In this document: positions 1-11,985 of the stretch, in pieces | Numbering within the stretch: the stretch's first letter is position 1 | How the letters are laid out: every line of letters begins with the position of its first letter | The notes under the pieces: model-generated | The model's database searches: none | The model's input: only the letters and a program-made list of their open reading frames with translations | What the model was told of the DNA's origin: nothing | NCBI GenBank assembly: GCA_030141605.1 | Contig: JAQGDQ010000788.1 | Location: forward strand, 1-64,000 | Direction: 5' to 3' | Length of the DNA stretch: 64,000 nucleotides | DNA from: Tubiluchus corallicola | Lineage: Eukaryota > Animalia > Priapulida | Made by a program: the position numbers and the translations under genes

Positions 1-914
1 TTTAATTTGAGCTATAGATCCGGGAAAATTCCTCAACAGTTTAACAGTTTAATATTATCATATTTAAATTACTGCACAACATTATGGGGCTTTACTTATA
101 CTACAAATTTAGAATGCCTAAGAGTTTTACAACGAAAATTTTTACGTGTCATCTTCAAACTAGACAAAAGGAGCACAATTACTACTACACATTTTAAGCA
201 ATGTCAAATATTACTTCTGGATGATGTTATTAATTTTAATGGATGTATATACATGTATAGAACCAACAACAACTTATTTCCAACTTTTTTTGAAAATCCA
301 GTCAAGATAAATGTAAAAAAATACAATACCAGACATAATGAATATATACCAAGACGTTGTAGAACGAATATGGCGAAACACTTCATCAGCTATATGGGGC
401 CAGTCCTATGGAACAGACTAAGCCGCAATTCGAAATGTAGTCACTCCCTTTTAACTTTTAAAAAAACCGTCAGAAAAGAAATATTTCAAAAGTATTGAAG
501 AGTAACACAATTTGATATTGGTAATAACCTGCATTTTTTGCTACAGTAATCTTAATATAGCGTGACTATGTTTAACAGGATACTGAACACTTTGTAACCA
601 TGATCACAGTTTTTCTTAGTTTCTCGCTCCATTTCATCTTTCATTCACTACTCCCCCCCCATTTTTTTTTAAGATTTCCACATACAGTTTGGCCTGTCAA
701 GCTATGCTTTTAGGCTCAAACTGTATGCATCAAAAAATTATTCTGTAATGAAATTTGCACATGTATATCCCGCATTATGAAATTTCTTAATAATATTGCA
801 TTTATTCATATTTATATTTATATTTACTCAAATGGAAAATTATCTGTATTTTAATGCTAATTGTAATGATGCAATGTGGAAAATGAATAAAACTCTTGAT
901 CTCTTGATCTTGAA
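1..914 (+). mobile_element. 3' end of a non-LTR retrotransposon (L2/CR1 group): ORF2 C-terminus (7-498), 3' UTR hairpin and tandem-repeat tail
   Basis: The ORF reads SYLNYCTTLWG...LQRKFLRVIF...YNTRH...SYMGPVLWNRL...TFKKTVR, the usual post-RT C-terminus. There is a hairpin catacagtttg...caaactgtatg at 681-727, and AATAAA is followed by a (TCTTGA)-type tail at ~886-913. Confidence 0.85.
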
Positions 915-1124
915 CAGGAAATGAACGCGTTGGTTGTAGACGAGTGCTTTGCTTAAGATTTTCAAGTTGAGTTTATTCATTTTAGGGAGTGACGATGGTG
1001 GCGTTCCAGTACACAGTTATGCCGCGTGTCCCTATTTTTTTTACTAGTTCTAGTAAATTCATTTTAGCTCTGATATTAAATAACTGTTAAGTATTACACA
1101 TATATAATACAGTAGGTAACAGTA

Positions 1125-1689
<565 letters not shown>

Positions 1690-1809
1690 CTGAGGAAAAT
1701 TTACAAAAGTGAGAAATTGAAACACGTTTATTTAAATAAGTGAACAAAAGAATCAAATTTTAGTATTTAGATCATTATGAATTAATGATTAATTAATTAT
1801 TCAATTAAT

Positions 1810-2411
1810 GGAATTTCGAATGTGTTTTGGTAACTCAAGTGTGACTTAGGTAAGTCAACTGTAGACATAGAATTCTACATTTTATTTGTCAACGTTTTAC
1901 AAAACGTTTTACAACGTTTCTACCTTGTCGGCAGAAAAGAATAAATCGGTTCCCACTTCCCAATGAACAGTGAATCACTAATTAGTTTTTTAAGTAATGC
2001 ATTAGCACTGCATTAATGAATTAGTTTCTCTCAAGAAACATTGCTTATTTTAAGAATGTATTGTTTTCTCTAACAGTTCCTATGGTATGTTTGCAGTTTT
2101 CAGAACATTAGTGAACAATTAGTAGACCTATAAAGTTGTTTTTTTTACTTAAGAGGAATTATTAAATTGAAATTAAAGAAGATTAAATTTAACATCCTTA
2201 AATTTTACCACCTATCCACATTTGAGATACCAATGTCACATTTGACTTGACATGTGTCTACATTTGACTTACCAAAAGCGCTTAAGATTTCCTGAAAACC
2301 ATTGTTAACACATTTGAACTACCAAAGTCTACATTTGAGTTACCAAGACACATTTGAATTACCTAAATCTACATTTGAGTTAACGCAGGTCTACATTTGA
2401 CATGTAAAACC
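1810..2411 (+). mobile_element. MITE family A, left-truncated copy
   Basis: Near-identical to 40732-41344 and 4943-5633. It ends gtctacatttgacatgtaaaacc|tata and carries subterminal tcaaatgtagac repeats. Confidence 0.85.
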
Positions 2412-2920
2412 TATATAAAGTGATGCATTATATCGGGTAGATCGTTTTGAGCTATGGTTTAAGATGGGGTCCGGTTTTCCTTTACTGCGTCTTTCCTGTC
2501 AAACTGATTTGAAACAACCTAACAGCATGAATTCTAAACAACAAATATAAATTGGCTACAAAAATCATTAAAAAAAATCAGTTAAAAATTCGGTTTTATG
2601 TCACCTCAGTCGTGGTGATGGAGTTAAACTTTAACTGCAACCAATATATACGTGTACTGTAACTTCAGCTGTATTGCTGGCGTAGAGAGAGAATGGAAAA
2701 TACAAAGCGAATCCCGCGAGACTTCTTCGACTAAATTTTATGGCGTTGTGTCGGCAAGCCACTCTTTCATCGGTGCGTCTATAAATTATAATTTTCTATA
2801 AACACTTACAGTTAATGGCGCGTCGTTAATTCTGGTTTTCACAAAAATAAAGTTTTTTAAAATATCCATCATTTACCTTGTGCGTTTTTATTTTCGTTGG
2901 GTTTACTTTAAAACAAGCAG

Positions 2921-3048
2921 ATGATAACAAAATAAGCCCTTTCACACTTCCAGTGATTGATGATGATCGTGAAAGGTCAAAGGTTAAGAGTACGGACAAC
3001 GCATTTGTGTACACTGGACAACGCCTCGCAGCCCCTGCTGTTGTTATA
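2921..3048 (+). CDS. Weak candidate internal exon
   Basis: A possible acceptor caagcag| precedes an open frame DNKISPFTLPVIDDDRERSKVKSTDNAFVYTGQRLAAPAVVI, which ends at a donor ata|gtaaga. No homology recognised. Confidence 0.2.
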
Positions 3049-3258
3049 GTAAGAGTTTTAACAGCTAGCTATGTTCCAATATTTTATAGATCAGTTAATA
3101 AAATCAATAATTTGATGAATTTTTTTTATGCATTTATATAGACAATTGTAAGGCATTTGATTGTGTACAGATATTTGTACTGAATCAAGAGGCTTTAAAT
3201 AATGACTGACGGATATCCATCATTTGCTTTTTGTAACTACTAACAGCAAGTAACTATA

Positions 3259-3388
3259 GGTTTTACACGTCAAATGTAGACCTGCGTTAACTCAAATGTA
3301 GATTTAGGTAGTTCAAATGTGTCTCGGTAACTCAAATGTAGACTTAGGTAGTTCAAATGTGTTAACAATGGTTTTCAAGAAATCTTAA
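3259..3388 (-). mobile_element. MITE family A, isolated terminal fragment
   Basis: tata|ggttttacacgtcaaatgtagacctgcgttaactc... is the reverse complement of the family's right end. Confidence 0.8.
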
Positions 3389-3454
3389 TAGGCCGAAATG
3401 AAGCGTCTTCTCGCAGATATTCTAGTGCAGAATCACGGTCAGAGAATGGTTAAT

Positions 3455-4400
3455 GAATAGACAGCATCCAGTGTAGAGCAGAAATGAACAGACAGCATCC
3501 AGTGTAGAGCAGAAATGAATAGACAGCATCCAGTGTAGAGCAGAAATGAACAGACAGCATCCAGTGTAGAGCAGAAATGAACAGACAGCATCCAGTGTAG
3601 AGCAGAAATGAATAGACAGCATCCAGTGTAGAGCAGAAATGAACAGACAGTAACCAGGGTAGAGCAGAAATGAACAGACAGCATCCAGTATAGAGCAGAA
3701 ATGAACAGACAGCATCCAGTGTAGAGCAGAAATGAATAGACAGTATCCAGTGTAGAGCAGAAATGAACAGACAGTAACCAGGGTAGAGCAGAAATGAACA
3801 GACAGTAACCAGTGTAGAGCAGAAATGAACAGACAGTATCCAGTGTAGAGCAGAAATGAACAGACAGTAACCAGTGTAGAGCAGAAATGAACAGACAGCA
3901 TCCAGTGTAGAGCAGAAATGAACAGACAGCATCCAGTGTAGACTAGAAATGAGCAGACAGCATCCAATGTAGAGCAGAAATGAACAGACAGCATCCAGTG
4001 TAGAGCAGAAATGAACAGACAGTAACCAGTGTAGAGCAGAAATGAACAGACAGCATCCAGTGTAGAGCAGAAATGAACAGACAGTAACCAGTGTAGAGCA
4101 GAAATGAACAGACAGTAACCAGTGTAGAGCAGAAATGAACAGACAGTAACCAGTGTAGAGCAGAAATGAACAGACAGCATCCAGTGTAGAGCAGAAATGA
4201 ACAGACAGCATCCAGTGTAGAGCAGAAATGAACAGACAGTAACCAGTGTAGACCAGAAATGAACAGACAGCATCCAGTGTAGAGCAGAAATGAACAGACA
4301 GTAACCAGTGTAGAGCAGAAATGAACAGACAGCATCCAGTGAAGAGCAGAAATGAACAGATAGCATCCAGTATAGAGCAGAAATGAACAGACAGTAGCCA
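3455..4400. repeat. 31-bp minisatellite (~30 copies)
   Basis: Unit cagtgtagagcagaaatgaacagacagcatc, with catc/taac variants. Degenerate units continue to ~4620. Confidence 0.95.
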
Positions 4401-4942
4401 GTGTTGGGGAATTTTTAACAGACAGCATCCACTGTAGGAGAGCAATGAAATAGACTGCATCCAATGAGAAATGCACAGACACCATTCAGCGTAGAACAGG
4501 CAGAATCTAATACAAAAGAGCGTTGAACAAACGGAATCCTATATAGGGGTGCAATGAACAGACAGCATCCAATGTTGGAAAGAAATAATGTGCAACATCC
4601 AATGCAGGGAGTGATTGACAGACATAGCAGCGTACATCACAGGCGAAAACGCGTAAAACACACTGCACGCATTTTGCACAAAATGCGATATTTCAAAGAC
4701 TGCTTATACAGTTATACGAGTTCCCAGGGGGCACCACGGCTGAGCTCAGCAGACTTGCTTCTTTATTAGCGTGACAAGGCATCCAGCACAAACCCACGTA
4801 TTTTATTCTGATTTGCTTGAGCAGATTCTAATGAGCAGCTGACGAGTTAGAATTAGTGTTTAAGCCAGATTGTTTGAAAGACATTGGTGGCTGTAATTTC
4901 AAGTTGTATTTTTCACAGTCACACATTAACGAGTAACTAAAA

Positions 4943-5633
4943 GCACGTCAAATGTAGACATAGGAAAGTTCAAATGTGACTTAGGTAACTCAAATGTAGA
5001 CATAGGAATTTCGAATGTGTTTTGGTAACTCAAATGTGACTTAGGTACGTCAAATGTAGACATAGGAATTTCGAATGTGTTTTGGTAACTCAAATGTGAC
5101 TTAGGTAAGTCAAATGTAGACATAGAATTCTACATTTTATTTGTCAACGTTCTACAAAAAATGTCGGCAGAAAAGAATAAATTGGTTCCCACTTCCCAAA
5201 GAACAGTGAATCACTAATTAGTTTTTTAAGTAATGCATTAGCACTGCATTAATGAATTAGTTTCTCTCAAGAAACATTGCTTATTTTAAGAATGTATTAT
5301 TTTCTCTAATAGTTCCAATGGTATGTAAAGTTTGCAGAATATTAGTGAACCTATAACGTTTTATTTTAACTTAAGAGCAATTATTAAATTGAAATTAAAG
5401 AAGATTAAATTTAACATCCTTAAATTTTACCACCTATCCACATTTGAGATACCAATGTCACATTTGACTTGACTTGTGTCTACATTTGACTTACCAAAAG
5501 CGCTCAAGATTTGTTGAAAACCATTGTTAACACATTTGAACTACCTAAGTCTACATTTGAGTGACCAAGACACATTTCAATTACCTAAATCTACATTTGA
5601 GTTAACGTAGGTCTACATTTGACATGTAAAACC
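4943..5633 (+). mobile_element. MITE family A copy, missing the extreme left terminus
   Basis: Colinear with 40732-41344 and ends gacatgtaaaacc|ta. Confidence 0.85.
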
Positions 5634-6106
5634 TATTTAATAACCAGCCTTAGCTCATCAATTCATGCTAGAGATGTATCTTTGCGATACGTTCAAGCCG
5701 TATCCATAGACTAAATTGGAGCGTTTCCTAGCCGTATATGGGGCCATTGTTTTTGCCGTATATGGGGCCATTGTTTTTGCCGTATATGGGGCCATTGTTT
5801 GTATCATAAACGACGCCCATTGTTGCCTCACTTTCTGTGTGAGTCAGGATCTCTCTCTATGCGCATGCGTGGCATTTAAAGCTATCGTAAACGTATCAAC
5901 ACCCTGGCAATATCATGCAAAAGCACAACGAAGTTAGACGATTGGAAGGCTAGATGGTTTAGATAATAAAAGAATAAAATAAAATGTTTTTTAGAAGCTG
6001 AAACAGTTTAGATTGTATAAACTGGTTTGTTTGACACAATGCCAAATGCAAAAAGGGACCAGCAAACTTCATAAAATTTCATATTTAACTGATGAAATTT
6101 CAAGTA

Positions 6107-6133
6107 TGTTGTTGCTGTTGCTGTTGCTGTTGC

Positions 6134-6167
<34 letters not shown>

Positions 6168-6197
6168 ATTATTATTATTGTTGTTGTTGTTGTTGTT

Positions 6198-6246
<49 letters not shown>

Positions 6247-6405
6247 TTATTGTCTGTTGCTACTTCTGCTGCTGTTGTTGTTTTCATTGTCTGCTGCTAC
6301 TTCTGCTGCTGTTGTTGTTGTTGTTGCTGCTGTTGTTGTTGCTCTTGCTTTTTGCTGTTGCTGCTGCTACTGCTGTTGCTGCTGCTGTTGTTGTTATTGT
6401 TGTTA
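6107..6405. repeat. (GTT)n/(GCT)n microsatellite
   Basis: Direct reading. It explains the poly-L, poly-C and poly-N ORFs. Confidence 0.95.
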
Positions 6406-6689
6406 TATAGCTGCAATCGCTAGACTTCACAATCACAACGTAAAGATGACAACGTTTCACGAAGGATGATCAATATTTAACCAAAGATAGACACGTTTGT
6501 CAAAAATTTAACAGCTTTTTAGCGTATCCCTTAAATAGAGGGAATCCGTATTGCACCTAGTGTTATAAAAATTAAGAATTGTAATAATCATAATAAATAA
6601 TTTGACAAAAGATGAGCAACATTTCGGAGAAAAGTAGAATCGTCTGACAAAACTTTAAAGATTTTGATAAAAGAGGGTCAACATTTCAC

Positions 6690-6932
6690 AAAAGATAGTC
6701 AATGCTTGACAAAGGATTGTTAAAAAAAGATGACCAACGTTTATCAAAAGATGGTCAATGCTCGACAAAGGATTGTTAAAAAAGATGACCAACGTTTAGC
6801 TAAAGATGGTCAATGCTTGACAAAGGATTGTTAAAAAAGATGACCAACGTTTAGCAAAAGATGGTCAATGCTTGGCAAAGGATTGTTAAAAAAGATGACC
6901 AACGTTTAGCAAAAGATGGTCAATGCTCGACA
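6690..6932. repeat. 55-bp tandem repeat (~4.5 copies)
   Basis: tgaccaacgt recurs at 6731, 6786, 6841 and 6896. Confidence 0.9.
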
Positions 6933-7459
6933 GAAAAATCCCACCTTAAAAACTGAAACATAATAATGATAATGTAGCTGACTGCTATATAATTGCGTGA
7001 CTTGTTGTTAGCTTTACAAGAGCAATGATGTGTCACGGTGTGTGGTGGAATAATATTTGCCTAAAATGTGCCCGGAAGAAAAGCAACGATAAGTTATTGC
7101 TAAACGAAACAGACAGCGAACGGCAATATTAAAATATTAGCAAACATGGCGGCTGTTTGTCAAACAAGATGACACGAAGTTGGACCTATTAGCACAAAAG
7201 CAACATTGTATGGTGAAGTTAGATATCTGCAAATGTTACATAATTTAGTCTATCAGTTGTCAAGTTTTTTTGCCTGTAATATAAAATTCCCTGAAGCAGA
7301 AACGGCATACTTGCAGTTGGTTTATTTGTCTTCACAACTTAGACGCCATAACTTCTTTGATTGTTTAGTAGTTTGAAGCCACTTCACAGGTTGGTGAAAA
7401 AGTTTGTTTGACTGGAATAGCAATATGAGTTCGTGGAGTTCAAGTGCTACTGTCGTTCC

Positions 7460-7514
<55 letters not shown>

Positions 7515-7543
7515 ATCGTTGTTGTTGCTGCTGCCGCTGTTGC

Positions 7544-7634
<91 letters not shown>

Positions 7635-8200
7635 ATTGTTGTTATTGTTATTGTTGTTGTTATTGTTGTTGTTGCTGCTGCCGCTGTTGCTGTTGGCGTT
7701 ACCGCTGTCGTCGTCATCATTGTTGTTGTTTTTGTTGCTGTTGTTGTTGTTGTTGTTATCGCTGTTGTTGTTATTGTTGTTGTTGCTGCTGCTGCTGCTA
7801 CTGCTGCTGTTATTGTGTTGCTGCTGCCGCTGTCGTCATCGTCGTTCTTGTTGTTGTTATTGTTCTTGTTGCTGCCGCCGCTGCTGCTGTTGTTGTTGTT
7901 GTTGTTGTTGTTGTTGCTGCTGCCGCTGTTGTTGTTATTGTTATTGTTGTTGTTGCTGCTGTTGCTGTTGCAGTTGTTGTTATTGTTGTTGTTGCTGCTG
8001 CTGTTATTGCGTTGCTGCTGCCGCTGTTGCTGTTGTCGCTGCTGCTGTCGTCGTCGTCGTCGTTGTTGTTTTTATTGTTGTTATTGTTGCTGCCGCTGTT
8101 GTTGTTGTTGTTGTTGTTGTTGTTGCTGCTGCCACTGTTGCTGTTGGCGCTGCCGCTGTCCTCGTCGTCGTTGTTGTTTTTATTGTTGTTATTGTTGCTG
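7460..8200. repeat. Degenerate (GTT/GCT/GTC)n microsatellite
   Basis: Direct reading. Confidence 0.95.
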
Positions 8201-8589
8201 TTTTACGCGGAATAAATGCGGGTCTGAGTTAGTTTTATCAGCGCTGGTATTGTTGTTCATCCAGCACCTGCTGCGGCTCGACTAGCTTACTTGCAGTCAC
8301 ACGAATTTAATCAAGATAATCCGACCAAGATAGAGTCATTAATCTAATTGCATTAAGCTACATTGCTGCTATGTAAGCAATGCGTGTACACGCCACACGA
8401 CAAATCAGCTAATGTTGAACCAAGAACCCAACTTCTAAAATACATTTACCAAAAATAATATACTTTACAGTACTATATACTATATACTACATAGTACACA
8501 CACTTTACTATTATATACTATACACACTTTATAGACATTATAGTTGGATATTGCAGAAACGACAAAAGATAGTTTCAAATTAAAAGACA

Positions 8590-8827
8590 GAAAAGGGAGA
8601 AGAAGACGAATGGAGAGGAAAAAGGGAGAGTAAAGAAATAAATGAATGGAAAAAGAAGAGTGCACAAGAGAAGAAAATAAGGCAAAAACGCAGGAGAGAG
8701 AGAATATCAGAGAGGGAGAGAGTGAGAAAGAGAAAGAGAGGGAAGGAAGGAGAGACAGATAGGGAGGGAGGGGAGAGAAGGAGAGAGCAAGGGAGAACGA
8801 GAAGCAGAGAGAGCAGACAAAGAGAGA

Positions 8828-8884
<57 letters not shown>

Positions 8885-8982
8885 GAGAGAGAGAGGGAAG
8901 GAAGGAGTGACAGATAGGGAGGGAGGGCAGAGAAGGAGAGCAAAAAGAGACAGAGAAAGAGAGAAAGAGAGAGAGAGAGGGA

Positions 8983-9016
<34 letters not shown>

Positions 9017-9163
9017 GGTGAGAAAGAGAAAGGTTTAGAAAAGGAAAAAAGGCAAAAAAGCAGGAGATTTTTTAACGCTTTATTTCGAATCAAAATTCAT
9101 ATTTACACGCACAAAATAAAAAAAACAAATAAAGAGAGAGAGAGAACATCAGAGAGGGAGGGA

Positions 9164-9262
<99 letters not shown>

Positions 9263-9345
9263 AGAGAGAGAGAGAGAGACAGAGAGAGAGAGAAAGAGGG
9301 AGAGAGGGGAGGATGAAAAAGAGAAAGGTGTAGAAAAGGAAAAAA
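8590..9345. repeat. Polypurine (AG)n tract with an internal duplication
   Basis: The blocks agagaa(t/c)atcagagagggag and aaagagaaaggt(t/g)tagaaaaggaaaaaag each occur twice. Confidence 0.85.
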
Positions 9346-9589
9346 GAATTATTATTGCAGATTACAGATATCAAAACCCTAATTGCTTTTAAGTTTTTTC
9401 TTCACTCTTCTTGCATTTACCCGCGCACTTACTTCCTGTGGTTTTATTGATTAAGTGTCATCCCTGGGATTACGACAACACTTAACACTACAATGATGCT
9501 ATCGTATAGATTAACCCACCACTATACAACTCGGAGTGAAATGTGAAATAATTTTAAAAAGAAAAACCGCGCTGAATAAATGAATGAAA

Positions 9590-9960
9590 TTTTATTACAA
9601 ATTTAATATAAATATAACAAATTAATTAAAAAATACAACAAATTATGACAGTAACACAACAATAACATAAATAACAATGAACGATATAACAAACTTCGCT
9701 TAATTTCAGAAGTAAAGTTTGCATCGCTATTTAAAATACTCTCGCATAAAAAGTTTTCACACTTGTTCAGCCTAACGTATAAACTACATGCATATTTTCT
9801 GTGAATCACATAAACAAAACAAAGTCTAGTAGAAATAGATCTGACGCTGACGTCACATGAAAAGTTAAAAAGCTTCTGTGCTGATACATTATACGCAACC
9901 TTGAGTTTTCTAAGAATGTAAGAATAAAAATATCTCTGAGTAGACGTGCAATAAAAAGTA
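9590..9960 (-). mobile_element. 5'-truncated LINE 3' fragment, same family as 45700-46220
   Basis: Peptide TFYCTSTQRYFYSYILRKLKVAYNVSAQKLFNFS...NSDANFTS aligns with TFYCMSTWRYFYSYNLSKLKVAYNVSTRKLFNFS...NSDANFTS of the other copy. Confidence 0.85.
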
Positions 9961-10450
9961 GAATGAATAAATAAATGACTAAATGACTGACTGACTGACT
10001 GACTGACTGACTGACTGACTGACTGACTGACTGACTGACTGACTGAATGAATGAATGAATGGATGGATGGATGGATGGATGGATGGATGGATGGATGGAT
10101 GGATGGATGGATGGATGGATGGATGGATAAATGAATGAATGAATGAATGAATGAATGAATGAATGAATGAATGAATGAATGAATGAATGAATGAATGAAT
10201 GAGTGAATGAGTAAGTGAGTGAATGAGTGAGTGAGTGAATGAGTGAGTGAATGAGTGAGTGAATGAGTGGTTGAGTGAACGTGCGAGTGGGTAAGCGAGT
10301 GAGTGAATGAGTGAGTGAGTGAGTGAGTGAGTGAGTGAGTGAGTGAGTGAGTGAGTGAGTGAGTGAGTGAGTGAGTGAGTGAGTGAGTGAGTGAGTGAGT
10401 GAGTGAGTGAGTGAGTGAGTGAGTGAGTGAGTAAATGAGTGAGTGAGTGG
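9961..10450. repeat. Compound tetranucleotide microsatellite (GACT)(GAAT)(GGAT)(GAAT)(GAGT)
   Basis: Direct reading. Confidence 0.95.
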
Positions 10451-10960
10451 TGACTTGACTTGATGACCATACATTTCGCACCTCCTCTGTCCATTTATTA
10501 TTAAAATCACAACTCTATCTAAAATTTTGCTCTGCATGAACTAGAAAAGGTATTGAAAAGGCATTATTTCATAATGCATAAATGACATTAGGATTCGCAA
10601 ATGACAGATGCTGCAAAAACCGTCCGGTCAGGAAAATTAAAGCACTTTGCTATTAATTATTTAAGTGTAACACAATAATCCAATTAAAATCTGCTGTACA
10701 TTAATAAATTAAACACGTAAATGAGAAATTAAGCACTTAAGCTATAACACGAGGAAAACTCGAAAATTAATTGATATAAAATTAAAATATTTAAAAAAAC
10801 GAACTGCGGTTTTATATCGAGTGTTTGCATGTGAAAACGCGGAATACAGTAGCTTGTAGTTTAGACGGGACATATCAAGATTAGTAAGTAAACCTACTCG
10901 GCTAGGGTCTACATTTCATGAGGTCACCTATAAATCAAAATGCGTACTTGAATTTATAAT

Positions 10961-11506
10961 TGTTGGCATCCTTCTGTCTCGGAAGACAATGGAGTGTGCG
11001 CCAAGAGAGTCAGTTATTGATCACATTGATGAAGCTGCAGCGTCGACTGTGACTGAGCAGTCCGATCCTTGAACGTCTCCAGGGCGCACGCCTGGGCAAG
11101 GTGTATGGAGATCCTGAGTTGCCCAGACAACAAGAACCCCCTCTCTTCCTCCCTGGAGTAGTCCAAAAGAAAGCGGAGCGATACATTTGGCACCAGGTTG
11201 GCTGCAGGAGCTGCCGGAGTCAGTGAGCATGCTGCATTGGTCCACCTTCGGGGCTCCACTCCTGATTTGGAAGGTTTACTCCTCTACACATGACCGGTGG
11301 GTCACTTGACCTCCTCCGCCCTCTAGCCGTTGGATGCTTGTGCTGCTCCGCCTAGTGTCGAGATACAGTGTGGGCATCCCCCAAGCCTACAGCACCTGGT
11401 ATTCCTAGGCGTCACCCATCCAAGTACTAACTAGGCTCTACGTTGCTTAACTTCGGAGATCAGACGAGAACCGGTGTTTTCAACGTGATATGGCCCTAAG
11501 CCATAA
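10961..11506 (-). mobile_element. Full-length 5S rRNA-derived SINE (SINE3) with a bipartite RTE-LINE-derived body
   Basis: 5S head at 11501-11383 and an RTE-like 5' segment at ~11283-11076. The 3' segment encodes SRIGLLSHSRRC (RTE ORF C-terminus) and ends ...tccattgtcttccgagacagaaggatgccaaca. The 12-bp TSD tgaatttataat lies at 10949-10960 and 11507-11518. Confidence 0.88.
11383..11501 (-). pseudogene. 5S rRNA-derived sequence (SINE head, Pol III type-1 promoter)
   Basis: The 119-nt sequence GCTTAGGGCCATATCACGTTGAAAACACCGGTTCTCGTCTGATC...AGTTAAGC...TTAGTACTTGGATGGGTGAC...GGTGCTGTAGGCTT is 5S-like. It has no oligo-T terminator and reads straight into the SINE body. Confidence 0.92.
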
Positions 11507-11774
11507 TGAATTTATAATACACCGTTAAAATAAGTTCTCCAAAAAAACCTCCTTCGTCTGCAGACTATGTAATCATTTTCTGCTGTTTGTCACTTTTACA
11601 AATTAAATTCTCCATAGTGGCTTTTCTGGAGAATTAATAGCACAGCAGGCGGTAGCATTTCTGCAAATGGCTGACGTTTAATAATCACAGAATTTCATCA
11701 AAACTTCCAGAACTTTCAGCTTCCGTATAACCACATCGGAAGTGTTTTTTAAACACACCTGGGAATGACCAAAT

Positions 11775-11985
11775 CCGCCCCACATTCTTTTCCGTATGTT
11801 CCCCGTGACAAGATACGCCGCAAATTCTTTTCCTTGAGCTCCCTATGACTAGACACGCCCCATATTCTTTTCCCTGAGCTCCCTATGACTAGACACGCCG
11901 CAAATTCTTTTCCTTGACCTCCCTATGACTAAACACGCCCCATGTTCTCTTCTTTGGGTTCCTTATGACTAGATACGCCCCAATT
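11775..11985. repeat. 40-bp diverged tandem repeat (~5 copies)
   Basis: cc(c/t)tatgact recurs at 11841, 11881, 11921 and 11961. Confidence 0.85.

Noticed and set aside
3422-4485. Three overlapping hydrophobic ORFs
   Set aside because: All three come from the 31-bp minisatellite read in rotating frames.
7322-8285. Poly-T/V/C/L ORFs and a possible terminal exon SNKLFHQPVKW...
   Set aside because: They are trinucleotide microsatellite translations, and the unique tail has no recognisable homology.
11383-11501. Functional 5S rRNA gene
   Set aside because: It has no T-run terminator, carries substitutions and a deletion, is fused to a retroposon body, and is flanked by a TSD.
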